Source: Octopus vulgaris
Taxonomy: Eukaryota
Length of the DNA stretch: 64,000 nucleotides
Direction: 5' to 3'
Assembly (NCBI GenBank): GCA_951406725.2
Contig: OX597816.1
Span: 158,782,001-158,846,000 of the forward strand
Under the pieces are notes generated by a model. The model did no database searches, had not been told where the DNA came from, and saw only the letters and a list, made by a program, of their open reading frames with translations. This document shows positions 25,961 through 40,600 of the stretch, piece after piece; positions within the stretch are counted from its first letter, which is position 1, and each line of letters begins with the position of its first letter. The translations under genes and the position numbers were made by a program.

Positions 25961-27222
25961 GGTCGTTGTGATTTATTTTAGCAATTTACAGTGTGCTGAT
26001 GGTGTAAGTGTAGATAGCTGTTGAATAGGAAGGAAAATAACCCAAACAAACTTATAAGCGATGTTCAAAAATCAATAAAGATTTATTAACGATAATGTAA
26101 ACCACTTCACAGAGAAACAGAACTGAAGAAAATATACATCCAAAGATCTGGAGAGAAACAGCAGATATTTTTGCCAAAGATGTTCTACAAGTGAATCCAA
26201 ATACCCAATTTTCAGCTAAGGGACAGCGCTGATGATGAAAGTTACATACAGCACTGTAGTGAATGGTAAATTTAATTTCTTCACCATCATCATTTTATTA
26301 TACTCGCATGGAACAATGATAACGAGGAACTTAAATTGATGAAGGTTTTAAACAATGATGTTAATTAGAAGATATTTAAATTGGGTTGGATGGGTCACAT
26401 CACTTGTTGTTATCTACATCTTGCATTTACAGTAACAGAGAAAATAAACCAGAAGCAATGGAGAAGATTCTCCATATAGAAGGACCAAAGTGTCTTTTTT
26501 GCTCTCTCTCTCTCTCTCATAGCTCTTAACATTACTCCACTTCTTGAAAGCACATAGTGATGTGGTTTGCAGATCTCATCCATATATTCCATTCTTGGTA
26601 TGATTTCTATAGCTGGATGCTCTTCCTATATGCAACCACTTAACTGAATCTACAGAGTGCTTCTTATTACAAAACTAGTTCTAAAGAGGTTAACTGCAAC
26701 AAAACTAAAGAACCAACTCAAAACTTGTATCAATCTTTATTCAGAATCATTCCTCTCCAAGACAAGTTGCTTATGCCTCAACTCATAGTTATCTCATCTC
26801 CTCACTTGTTTGGCATAGTTATTACGATCGGATGCCACTGTCTGGAGTTAATTCCCTGCTAGGATGAAGGGCTACATTCACTGTCTTTGGCGCTCTCAGT
26901 AGCAGGCAGTATGGTTATTATCTCCACTATGTAGGTAAAGTGAAGCATGTTACAGTAGTACTGTTGTGGCTGGGTACGATGCTGTTTCTAATGTGTGTGA
27001 AGATAGTAAAGACATGTAGTTGACATTACAACTTCTCATCCTAGACTAATGACAGCAGAGCAGATAACTGTCAGGCTCTATGGGTTAGGATACCATTTCA
27101 TACCCACCTAAGGATTCATTAAAGAGAAGAATGGACTGATAAGATCTGGATATTTTAGAATAGTGATGATCAAGTAAGATCTGGTGGTGGTTTGTATCAA
27201 AGAAAGTTAATCCATAGGCATT

Positions 27223-27640
27223 CATCATCATCATCATCATCATCGTTTAGCGTCCGTTTTCCATGCTAGCATGGGTTGGACGGTTCAACTGGGGTCTGTG
27301 AAGTCAGAAGGCTTCATCAGGCCTAGTCAGATCTGGCAGTGTTTCTACGGCTGGATGCCCTTCCTAACGCCAACCACTCCGTGAGTGCAGTGGGTGCTTT
27401 TTATGTGCCACCCGCACAGGTGCCAGACAGAGCTGGCAAACGACCACGAACGGATGGTGCTTTTTATGTGCCACTGGCACGGGGGCCAGGCGAGGCTGGC
27501 AACGGACACAAACGGATGGTGCTTTTTACGTGCCATCAACACGAGGCCAGTCAGGGCGGCGCTGGCAACAGTCACGAACGGATGGTTTTCTTACATGCCA
27601 CCGGCACTGGTAACACATCTGCAATTTCCATTGATCGATT
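27223..27640 (-). mobile_element. RTE 3'-UTR element (family C) with internal ~60-bp repeats
   Basis: (CAT)n tail, then ...ctggatgcccttcctaacgccaaccactcc and tandem cggatggtgctttttacgtgccac units. Confidence 0.85.
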
Positions 27641-28604
27641 TCGATTCGAAAAAATTGTCAGTGAGCATGAAACCATGTGGCTGTGAAGTAAACTTCTTAA
27701 CCATACATCGTAGAGCCATGCCGACATCTATCTGTCCACATAATAAAACTTTGCTTGCAGATCTAGTTCTCATGATGTGCCATTGTTCTTACATGGAAAC
27801 AGAAATGACTCCCTAACTTTGAAATAACTTCTTTACAAAATGAGATCCTTTGCAAATCTTTCTACAGACTTATCTACAAAGAAATATGGAAACAGGCTAA
27901 ACCAACAGCATGCCACTCAGTCTTAAGAGTCAAAAAGGATAGAAATCATTGAAAGAAACCTGCTTTACACACACACACACACACACACGTGTGTGTGTAT
28001 GTGTCTTTGTGACAACCAACCACTGCTTGACAACTGGTGTTGGTGTGTTTACATCCCCATAACTTAGTGCTTCAGCAAAAGAGATTGATAGAATAAGTAG
28101 CAATCATAACAAAAAACAAAAAAAAAGCATTGGAGTCAATTCATTCAACTAAAAATTCTTCAAGGCAGTGCCCCAGCATGGCCACAGTCTAATGAAACAG
28201 GTAAAAGATGATGAAGAAGTCTCTATGCAGTTGCTCAACCTACACAAAATGCCAGCCAAATCTCCCTCAAAATCATGCCAGACTCTTTATAAAGGGTTTC
28301 ATAACGGTTAAGATATTCGTTATTTTGCAATGCTGGTCATTTGCAATGGACTGGTGTTCTTTCCAAAAATAGAGATTCTCTGCAACCATTAAATGATATA
28401 AAGATTTTATTAAACATCAGCAGACCATAACTACCAATACAGGAAATGGAGAGAAAGAAAAAAAACAACAAGAAAACACAAGAGAAACAAAAGCTAAAAA
28501 CAATACAAGAGAGAGTGACAGGAGTCAAATATTAAAAAGCTCCGCCAAAATTTCTACTTAGTCATGTCAAACCAATCCACTTAATATCATTTGAGACATC
28601 AGTC

Positions 28605-28642
<38 letters not shown>

Positions 28643-28878
28643 TAATAATGATGATGATAATAATAATAGTAATAGCAATAATAATAATAATAATAATAAT
28701 ATTAAATATTAATAAATGATAATGAATAATAATGGTGCATTATGGATCAAACAGATATGTTCTGAATACAACAGAACAAGGTTTTGCTACAGAGTTACAA
28801 TCTAAGGCTAGAAACTTTTTAAATTATAAACACAACCATCATGACGACCACCACTGCTGCTGCCGCCACTCCACTTAC

Positions 28879-28906
28879 CAAACCATATAATATCTGGCAG
28901 AATCAG
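28879..28906 (-). CDS. Candidate short exon LILPDIIWF(G) (28 nt; a 15-nt form is possible from an internal CAG)
   Basis: Minus strand aatcaatatcgcag|CTGATTCTGCCAGATATTATATGGTTTG|gtaagtgg; consensus GTAAGT donor, modest acceptor, in-frame TAA upstream of the acceptor. Confidence 0.35.
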
Positions 28907-29199
28907 CTGCGATATTGATTAAACAGTAGGTTTCTCAATTGTCGCACAATGTTTGGAGTTGAGACATTGAAAGGAATTTATGTATGTGGTAGAAAAACGG
29001 TAAAATACGTAAGGAGAGCTAATAAAAGGTGAAAAAAGAAAATCTTGATGATGGAGGAGGAAGGAAGCTGTGTGGAGGTGGTGATGGTGATGGAAGTGAT
29101 GGAGTGAAGAGAAAAGTGTATGATGACATTGGCAATGATGTTGCCGAGAGAGAAATAAAATGATGGTGTTGGTAACATGTTACTTCAGAATTAACTGAG

Positions 29200-29204
<5 letters not shown>

Positions 29205-29244
<40 letters not shown>

Positions 29245-29670
29245 AATATATATACATACATACATACATACACACAAACATATACGTATATGTATATATA
29301 TATATACATGCACACACACACCTATATATATACACACACATTGATATATACCCAGACAAATATATATATATATATATATAGACACATATACATATATGTA
29401 TATATATGCATGCACACACACATCGATATATATGTATATATATATATATATATATATAGACACATATACGTATATGTATATATACGCATATGTGTCTATA
29501 TATATATATGTGTCTATATATATATGCATGCACACACACATTGATATATACTCAGACATATATATACATACATACATACACACATATACGTATATGTATA
29601 TATATGCATGCACACACACACACACACACACACATTGATATATACCCAGATATATATATATATATATATT
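29205..29670. repeat. Compound TA/CA microsatellite with higher-order duplications
   Basis: The motif gcacacacacattgatatatac(c/t)caga recurs about 4 times among (TA)n runs. Confidence 0.9.
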
Positions 29671-30737
29671 CTAGCAATAGGTTTCTAGAGATTTCTTTAA
29701 AACCACCATAAGTGAGATGTCATTTGTCAGTATGAATTAAATGTTTGGAAGTGACAAGTGTACATCTATGTGTGCATGTAAGTATTATCATTAAAAAGGC
29801 GGTGGATTGACAAAATCAGTAGAGCATCATGTAAAATGCTTTGTGGTATTTCTCACAGTTCTTTACATCCTCAATTTAAATCCAATGGCAAGATCTTCTA
29901 AAGTCTGCAAAAAAAAGTGATGATTTAATTGTCTTACACCCTCTCCAAAATTCCAGGCCTTCTGCTTGTGTTAGAAACAATTATTATCATTATTTTTTTT
30001 TTATTAAGGTGGTGAGCTAGCAGATTTGTTAGCTTGCTGGGAAATGTGCTTTCTGTCATTTTGTCTGTCCTTACGTTCTGAATTCAAATTCTGCTGAGGT
30101 CGATTTTACTTTGCATCCTTTCGGGGGCAGAGTTTCTACAGCTGGATGCCCTTCCTAATGCCAACCACTCCAAGAATGTAGTGGGTGCTTTTACGTGCCC
30201 CCGGCATGAGGACTGGTCAGGCGGTACTGGCAACGGCCACTCTCAAATGGTGTTTTTTTTTACGTGTCACTTGCACAGGAACCAGTCCAGCGCTACTGGC
30301 AACGACCTCACTCGAATGTTTTTTTCCCATACCACCGGCACAAGTGCCAGTAAGGCGACGCTGGTAATAATATATAGCATAAAACATAACATAATATTAT
30401 ATAAATTATTATAAAAAAACCATAAAATTCCAACAAAATGTTTTAGCTTATATATATGTTTTCTGATATACATAATCACAGTTCAATTATAAATAAGCCA
30501 CTTCAGGGTAAATTGGTTCAGGAAGATGAAATCCCATCTGGAAAGGATGGCTGAATTGTAAAACTTAATTCAAATGCCTGTGTTATGAGCATGAGTGTTA
30601 ATTAAAATTTGAAAGCAACAATAAACTCAAGTATGTTCAATCCCCAACCGTAGAAATTCATTTCATTATATCTCAAACACATACCAATTGAAACCCTCTT
30701 ATGTCCAAGATAGTCTTTTGTCATCACAACATACAAT

Positions 30738-30777
<40 letters not shown>

Positions 30778-30878
30778 AGAATTCACAAAAAAACAAAAGA
30801 CGAAGACAGGTGGTGTAGACAAAAAACAGATGTATTAGTATAACACTTGGGAAGTGAAAAAGTCTTTAATGTTTCAAG

Positions 30879-30936
<58 letters not shown>

Positions 30937-31127
30937 CATATATATACGGTAAAGTGGTAGGCATCAGGAAGGCCATTCAGCCATAGAAACTATGCTAAAG
31001 TAGGCAATGGAACAGGATGCAGTCCTTGGACCTGTCTGATCCTGTCAAATGATCCAACCCATTCCAGGAGCATGGAGGTTAAAAGATTTTTATCATCATC
31101 ATTATTATTGTTATATTTAGGCAGTAG

Positions 31128-33850
31128 AAGGTGGCGAGCTGGCAGAAACATTAACAGGCCGGGCAAAATGCTTAGCGGTATTTCGTCTGTCTTTACACTC
31201 TGAGTTCAAATTCCACCGAGGTCAACTTTGCTTTTCATCCTTTCAGGGTCAATAAATTAAGTACCAGTTACCTTCTGGGTCAATCTAATCGACTGGCCCC
31301 TTCCCAGAAATTTTGGGCCTTATGCCTAGAGTAGACAAGTATATTCAGGCAGTAGGCTGGTAGAAATGTTAGCATGCCAGAAAAAATGCTAAGCATTTTA
31401 CCCATCTTTACAATATGAATTCAAATTCCACCAAGGTCAGCTTTGCTTTACATCCTTTCAGGGTTGAAGAACTAAGTACCAGTTGTGCATTGGGGTTGAC
31501 AATTGACTCTCCCTGCCAAATTTTAGGGTCAACATAGTCGACCCTCCCGGCCAAATTTCAGGCCTCATGGCTATTGTAGAAAGGATTATTAAAGCTGCAA
31601 GCTAGCAGAACTATTAGCATGCCAGATGGAATGCTCAGCAACATTTTGTTCATCTTTACATTCTGAATTGAATTTTCACCAAGGTCAATTTTGCCTTTCA
31701 TCTTTCAGAGTTGACAAAAAAAGTACCAGTTGCATACTGGGATTAATGTAATCAATTATTTCCCTCCCCACAAAATTTTAGTCCTTGTGCATATAGTTGT
31801 TTGTTCCTTCTTGAGCCATGCCTGGCTCATAAGGGCTGGTTTCCCAATTTCATTGACGTATAGGTTCCCCACCTGCAAGATGCAGGGGGAAAGGGTAAGA
31901 GAAAGTTGTGATGAGAGAGTCAGCAGAAGTTACCTTCTGCCAGAGCTGCATGGAGCTTAGGTGTTTCGCTCATAAACACATACATCACCAGGTTTGAGAT
32001 TTGAACCTGCAATCCCTCAACTGCGAGTCCACTGCTCTAACCACTATGCCATGTGCCTCTACGCATATAATACAAAGGATTGTTATTTCTATAAGGATGG
32101 TGGATAGTTTGAACCATTATAGTGTTGGATAAAATACCTTCGGGTTCTTTTCCAGTACCTTATTGTCCGAGTTAAAATCCCACCCCACTGAGGTTAACTT
32201 TGACTTCCATCCTTCCACAGTTGGTAAAATAAAGTACCAGTGAAGTACAAAACTCAAAGTCATCAACAAAACTCCTCTCTACATATTTGATGGATTTGTG
32301 CTCATACTGGAAACAATTAGAAAATAAGTGAATTGGTAGATTAGTGAAAGCATCAGAAAAATGCCATACAGTATTAGTTCTAGCTCTTTAGGTTCTGAGG
32401 TCAAATTCCACCATGGTAAACTTTGCCTTTTATCATTTGGGGAGCCAAAATAAATTAGCAGTCAAGTACGAAAGCCAAAGTTATCAACAAACCCCACCTC
32501 CTCATATTTGATGGCTTTGTACTCATATTATTCTTCAGCCTAGTACTTATTCGATTGGTCTCTTTTACCAAACCACTAAGTTATGGGGATGTAAACACAC
32601 CAACATTGGTTGTCAAGCGATGGTGTGGTGGGGACAAACACAGACACACAAAGTTTCTTTCAGTTTCCCTCTACCAAATCCACTCACAAGGCTTTGGTCG
32701 GCCCAAGGATATAGTAGAAGATTCTTGCCTGAGGTGCTACACAATGGCACTGAACCTGGTACCATGTGGTTGTGAAGCAAGCTTCTTACCACACAGCCAT
32801 GCTATTGGAAACAATGGTAAAACAAGTGAATCGGTAGGTTTGTGAGAGCATCAGAAAAATGCCATACAGTATTTGTTCTAGAGCTTTTTGTTCTGATTTC
32901 AAATTCCACCATGGTAAACTTTGCCTTTTATCATTTTGAGGGTCAATAAAATAAAATACCTGTCTAGTACAGGAGTTAATGTAATTGACTGATCCTGTCC
33001 CACTAAAATATTCTTTTCTACTCTAGGCACAAGGCCCAAAATTTTTGAGGTGGGGGACCAGTCGATTAGTTCGACCCCAGTATGCAATTGGTACTTAATT
33101 TATCAGCCCTGAAAGGATGAAAAGCAAAGTCGACCTCGGTGGAATTTGAACTCAGAACCTAAAGACAGACAAAATACCTATTTCTTTACTACCCACAAGG
33201 GGCTAAACACAGAGGACAAACAAGGACAGACAAACGGATTAAGTCGATTATATCGACCCCAGTGCGTAACTGGTACTTAATTTATCGACCCCGAAAGGAT
33301 GAAAGGCAAAGTCGACCTCGGCAGAATTTGAACTCAGAATGTAGCGACAGACAAAATACTGCTAAGCATTTCATCTGGCATGCTAATGATTCTGCCAGCT
33401 CACCATCTTTTATCCCACTAAAATATTGCTGGTCTTTTGCTGAACTTTCAAACTATTATTATGTTATATTATCATTATCATTAAGGCAGCAACATAGCAG
33501 AGTTGTTAGCATGCTGGGACAAAGTGCTTGGTGGAATTTCTTCTGACTTTACCTTCTGAGTTCAAATTCTGCTGAGGTTGATTTTGCCCTTCATTGTTTT
33601 GGGGATTGAATCAATAAGTACCAGTTGAGTGCTGGGGCCAGTGTGATCAACTAACCCCTCAGCACAAATTTCAAGCCTATTGCCTATATTAGAAAGGATT
33701 ATTATTATTTTTGATATAGTCATGTAAACATGGCAGCGAGCAAAGGCAGTAAGCTGTCAAGTACAAGGGTTGGGGTGGTTGATGTAATTGATTTGGCCTC
33801 TCACCTCAAAACTGATAGCCTTGTGCCAAAATTAGAAAGAATTATTATTA
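31128..33850. mobile_element. Cluster of about 10 family-B SINE units (both orientations) with nested family-D (31800-32063) and family-A (32531-32801) SINEs
   Basis: Repeated ttctgagttcaaattcc...ctttgcctttcatcctttc...aagtaccag cores; inverted dimer at 33010-33410. Confidence 0.8.
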
Positions 33851-33951
33851 TTATTATTATTGAGTCATATAGCCAAAGACTGGGCTTGAATTTCCCTGTG
33901 CCACATGCTTAGCAATATTTTATCAGACCATCCTTCATTTGCATTTAAACA

Positions 33952-33992
<41 letters not shown>

Positions 33993-34129
33993 AAGGTTAA
34001 AAAAAAATAATTTTTTTTTGTCTTGAGGTGGGCGAGGAAAGGTTTCCTGTAATTTGGAGATATCAAATATCTCGCCTGATCAAAATAATAGTATGCATAT
34101 ATGTGTATATGCATATATGTGTATATGTA

Positions 34130-34181
<52 letters not shown>

Positions 34182-36672
34182 TAAGTATTGACATGTGTAG
34201 TTGTTGTTTAGTTCTAGGTCAAGACTAATCAAGTAATCCTATGATATAAAAGCATGCTAGTCATGACCATCCTGTCTTACTTTTGTTTTCAGGCTCACCC
34301 ATTATCCATTTTTTTTATTTCTAAGTCAATAAAATGTGATGTGACGGAAATCTGACAGTTATATCCGGCAGGTGGAGCAATGATACAGAGACCCTTGTTA
34401 ATTTATTATGTATGTGTTTGTTGATAGGTGTTCACAAGCATATATAGAAAATTAACCTTTCTCTCTCTCTTTTTGGTACAACTGTCCATTTCCATAGTTT
34501 CTTATTTCTTCTACAAGGCCAAATACTATAGAAACAGAGAACGAGCCAAGAATTTGTATCCTGTGGCTGGTTTCAGGTGTTGGGAGAGAAAACGCTTTAA
34601 TTCTTATATTGTCCAGTTCACTTAACTGTAGGGAGGTATGGTAGCTTCAGTAGGGAGTAACACATCAGTATCATGTTAACTTCAGACCAGTAATTTCATC
34701 TAAATATTTGTGACAGAAGACACTATTATAAAACCAGGCAGTGACACTAAACTGGGCAATGGATGAAGCCTACAATCTTATATATCTTAGAGAAATACAA
34801 GCTCAACAAGCTGACTTGTTTAAGATATACTATATGAAGATAATATCACCTTCAGTGAGTTACAGGACAAACTAATCATGCAAAGACCAATTCTCTAACA
34901 CTTGAGGTAGTATGGTACCAGAATTGTTTGAATGTTTATTTTATAGTTATAAGGTACAGGCATGGCTGTGTGGTAAGAAATTTGCTTCTCAACCACATGG
35001 GTTTTCAGTTCGATACCATTGCATGACACCAAGGGTGTCTTCTACTATAACCACAAGCTGACTAAAGCTTTATGATTGAATTTGGTTGACAGAAACTGAA
35101 ATAAATCTCTCATGTGCATGCCTCTTTACACCTCCATTTCATCATCATGCTCAACTTTCATTCCTTCTTCAAGCAACTCCACTTGCTGCTCACTTGCTTC
35201 CTTTCCAACCCCCTATACACCTCTCTCGTTTGTTCTTCAAAAAACCTCACTACTCTAGCCACATCCTTTCAGCCATGCGCTTTTCTCCAGACAATTTACT
35301 CTTCCTGACAAGGAGCCATGCTTGAAATGTCATTTCCCCTCCTATTTTACCATCTAAAACATTTACTGAGCATCAATCTAATATATTTGCTATAGGCCCC
35401 GTGCCGGTGGCACGTAAAAAACACCCACTACACTCTCGGAGTGGTTGGTGTTAGGAAGGGCATCCAGCAGTAGAAACTCTGCCAGATCAAGATTGAAGCC
35501 TGGTGCAGCCATCTGGTTCACCAGCCCTCAGTCAAAATCGTCCAACCCATGCTAGCATGGAAAGCGGATGTTAAACGATGATGATGATGATGATGTACAT
35601 CTAATTGACTTATGTTGTTTCCCCCGTTTTTTTTTTTTATTTGCTTATATATCAACAATAGACTTCTTTTTAACATCCATTTTTCCATGCTTGCATGGGT
35701 CGGATGAAATTTGTTGAGGCAGAATTTCTACAGATGGGTACCCTTCCTGTTGCCAACCCTGACCTATTTCTAAGCAAGGTAATATTTCTCCTGTCCAGAC
35801 ATGTTTCCTCACGAAGCTTTGGTTAGCCCACAGCTATAGAAAAAGACATGTCTAAGGTACCATGCTGTGGGATTGAACCTGAGACTACATGATTGGGAAG
35901 TAAGCTTCACAGCTACATTTGTGCCTTTATGGAGAGAAAATAAAACAAAATTAAGAGAAAACTAATTTCCTGAGAGAATAGGAAATCAGAAAATATTTGT
36001 GCCATTTCAACTGTCTTCCTTTCACTCACAGAATAAAAACAACTAGTTGTTACTATTTAGTAACCAAGTCAACCCTGATCAAAAATAAATTACAAAGACA
36101 TTCCAACCATGATTCTCCAGTCTTTTTGTATATCCAGAACTACATTATTCATAGTCAGTTTCTTGTGATGTCTTTAGGATGGTAGGGTGCGAATCGAGGG
36201 AGATTTGACTACTATTTCTAGATTTCTTGCAGGTTGAGTGATTATTCACAACCCCTCACACCTTCACTTCCTTAGCCCATTATCTCATCTTCTGGTTGAC
36301 ATAATTATTGATTATATAATTTGCAGACCAGTCAAACAATTTTTATTAATTTGTATAGCATTTTTGTTGTGTTTTTTTTCTCCTTTTTTGCATGGTTTTT
36401 ATCAGTCCACAGTGTAAATAACATATTTTTGTGGAGCAGATGTAGGATGCCTGCTGCAGTTAAATATTAACAATTCTTTGGGAAAGAGAAGAAGGAAGGT
36501 GGTTGGGTTGTATGTGTTTTAGACAGGAAAATTTACTGTTTTGACATATTGCCTACACTAATGAAACTCAAACAAACATTTAAATTATTTCAAACACATG
36601 AATGATTAATATTTAATCATAAACATACACACACATGTATGTGTGATCATGCTTGTATATATGTGTCTGTGA

Positions 36673-36716
<44 letters not shown>

Positions 36717-37409
36717 TTCATTTTACAGAGTAGATTGGTTCCGCCAGTAACCACAGCAAATCACAATCATAAAGTGAGGAAGACATGTTTTTAATGACAT
36801 TATTAAAGTAACAAAACAAACAGAATTTAAACAATTAATTATTGAAATGGGGGTAATGAAAATGACAATTGTTATTATTCCAATTAATTTTATTAGTTCT
36901 GATGTTTTATTTCATTCCTTTTAATTTTTCTCTCAGTCTCATCCTATTCCTTGTCCTCACCATCATCGTCATCACTACCATCGTCTACTGGTGCTAGTGC
37001 CATGTAAAAACGCACCCAGCACACTTTGCAAAATGGTTGGTGTTAGGAAGGGCCTCCAGCTATAAAAACCAAGCCAAAAACAGACTATGGAACATAGTGC
37101 AGCCCCTGGCCTTGTCAGCACCTGTCTAATTGTCCAACCCATGCCAGCATGGAAAACAGATGTTAAATGATGATGGTGCTTGTGTGGGTCAGACAGAATT
37201 TGTTAAGACAAATTTTCAAAGGCTGAAGACCCTTCCTGCCATCAATCCTCACTTGCTTGCAAGTTAGGTAATATTTTCTCTGTGTTTTCCCTCAAAACAG
37301 GTTTCCCATATTTTCATGGAAGATTAAAAACAAACAATGCTGACTGTATGGTGACACTTGTTTACAGATATCATGTGGTATCAAGACAAGGGGACATTAA
37401 CACACACAC

Positions 37410-37626
37410 TCTTTTACTTCCTTCTGTCATTTGACTGTGGCCATGCTGGAGCACCGCCTTTAGTCGAGCAAATCGACCCCAGGACCTTTGTAAACCTAGT
37501 ACTTATTTTATCAGTCACTTTTGCTGAACTGCTAAGTTACGGGGATGTAAATACACCAGCATCAGTTGTCAAGTGATGTTGGGGGACAAACACAGACACA
37601 CAAACATATACACACACATACATATA

Positions 37627-37661
<35 letters not shown>

Positions 37662-37824
37662 GACAGGCTTCTTTCAGTTTCCGTCTACCAAATCCACTCA
37701 AAAGGCTTTGTTCGGCCTGAGGCAATACTAGAAGACACATGCCCAAGGTGCCATGCAGTGGGACTAAACCCGGAACCATGTAGTTGATAAGCAAGCTACT
37801 TACCACACAGCCACTCCTATGCCT
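37410..37824 (-). mobile_element. tRNA-derived SINE (family A)
   Basis: Collinear with 11054-11482. Confidence 0.88.
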
Positions 37825-38452
37825 ATATATATATATATAAGACAGGCTTCAGTTTCAACCAAATCCAGTCACAAGGCTCTGACCTACCCAAGACCAAAGA
37901 TGAATATACCATTCTAAATTGGCACAAATGAACTGAACCTGAAATCACATGGTTAGGAAGCAAATTTACTAACCACACAACCAAACCTGCCATCACTCAC
38001 ATTAAACTATTTTGAAGTTTTTGCTAAACTCTCTTCACTGACTTTCATTTTCTTTTTTTCTTCATTTCCAGAGAAACTGACTTATCCGACATTTCAAATT
38101 CTGGTTTGCCTTGTATCTTTTTCAGTCACTGGATTGTGGTCATACTAAGGCACTGCCTTGAAAGATATAGTTGAACAAATCAACCCCAGCATGCATGGTG
38201 TAAGTCTGGAATTTATTGTAAGTTACAAGAATGTAAACAAACTAACACTGGTTATCTAGTGGTGTGACACACACAGATATTAATCATAAAGACACCTATA
38301 TTAATTCTATAGCTATATAATGCTGCTTTAGGCCTGCAACCACCTATATTAATGTTGTTATTATCAACTATTTTTATTGCCTTCGATAATAATAACAATA
38401 TTAATATCTATATAAATATTTGCTTCTGAACATTTTTGCTGCTGACACACAC

Positions 38453-38488
<36 letters not shown>

Positions 38489-39550
38489 CTTCTGACATGA
38501 AATTCACTCATATTGGTTAACCTGGAGCTATAATAAAAGACACTTGCCCAAGGCGACATGCAGTGGGATTGAACTTAAAAGCATGCTGTAGCAAAGCAAG
38601 CTTCCTAACCACACACCCATGACTGCATACATTATTCAGTCTCAAAAAATACAACCCATGCCAGCATGGAAAACGGACGTCAGACAATGATGATGACGAT
38701 GATGATATTACTAATGCACCACTTTTCTCATCAGTTTGGGTATTATATTTTACTTTTAGTTTACTTCTTCCATAGCGAGGAAGTACTGACTTTTAGCATT
38801 TAAACTAGCCATATCCAGCCCAAATATTTTACCTGTTTTATGCTCAAAATGGCCACATCTGGCCTCTTACACACACCCTACAATGTCATTCTAAAAATAA
38901 TCAAATATAAATCTCAAAGCCATGAGATAGAGCATGATTAATTAAAATCAATTTGAATAAATAAGCATTGCATTTGACAGAATAATCTGAATGCTAAATG
39001 GCTAAGTTAGATTTTTTACTTTATGATATTTGGTTAAGTATTTTTAACACTGAATAATGTATGCAGTCATGTCTTTGTGGTTAGGAAGCTTGCTCTGACA
39101 CAGCATGGTTTTAAGTTCACTGCATGTCACCTTGCGCAATTGTTTTTTATTACAGTCCCAAGTTAACCAATATGAGTGAATTTGCTGTCAGAAGATGATT
39201 GCGTATTTGTGTGTTTATATATATATATATATAAGTATTTGTGTGTGTGTGTCAGCAGCAAGAATATTCAGAAGCGAATATTTATGTAGATATTAATATT
39301 GCTATTATTATCAAAGGCAATACAAATAGTTAATAATAAACTTAATAGAGATGGTTGCAGGCCATATATATGAATATATATGTGTGTGTGTGTGTGTATT
39401 CATATATATATACATATAAATATACAGAAACACGCATATACATATATACATATACACATGTATGCATATCCATGTATGCATATACAATTATACCTATACA
39501 CATATACATATACACATACATATACACATACACATATATAATTATATATG

Positions 39551-39594
<44 letters not shown>

Positions 39595-40600
39595 CATACA
39601 TATACATACATATATACATACATATATATGACCGCGTGTGTACCGTTGGCGATTTCTTTTCCTCCGTGTTCCTTTCTTAAGATCTTTCCTTTTCCTATGT
39701 TTCTGACGAAGAGCTCCACTTGAAACATTCTTCCCTGAGATTCCAATAACACTATACTTGCTCCACGTCCTCGCATTGTTGTGTTTTCTCTTTGTGTTTT
39801 CATGATTGGATTAACTACATATATATACATATATACATACACACACACACGCACATATATATACACATACATATATAATATGTATAAATTAGAAAAAAAA
39901 CACTATTATGTAATTCAAACAATGATAGACATACACCATATCATAGAAAAAATAAAATATATTTTAAAACATATATCTAGATCACATATATATATATATA
40001 TACACACACATATACATTTATACATATATTTTTTCTGTCTATTTACCCTATTTTTATTTTAACATGATAACTGTATTATAGACACCCAGTCTTACTTTTT
40101 AAGTTTCAAATTTAGTTAACGGAGTTTCTTCTATAAGAAGAATCATGTTTATATTTCTTTAAGAACTACTGTTTAATTCTATTTGATTATTTATTAAAAA
40201 TATGTATTGATTTAACTATTTTTGTTATTCTTGCTGACCTGAGGAGTGACTATACTTTTAAATTGAATTGTTTTTGGATTAAATTTAAATTTAATTGTAA
40301 TTCGAATTGAAGTTATAGCCATGAAACATACATAGCCTATTTAATTATTATATAATGTTTATTCGTTTTTTTTTTGTACTTTTTGTGATCTAGATATATG
40401 TTTTATAATATATTTTATTTTTCTATATGAAATGGTGTATGTCTATCATTGTTTGAATTACATAATAGTGGTTTTTCTCTAATTTATATATATATTATAT
40501 ATTTATATTGTGAAATTTGATTTAATACTAAACTGAATTTTTCCCAGTAAGTTTGGAGTTATACCCCCTAATATTATTATTATACATATATATATATATA

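Noticed and set aside
34903-34920. let-7-like TGAGGTAGTA
   Set aside because: Only the first 10 nt match and no precursor hairpin is evident.
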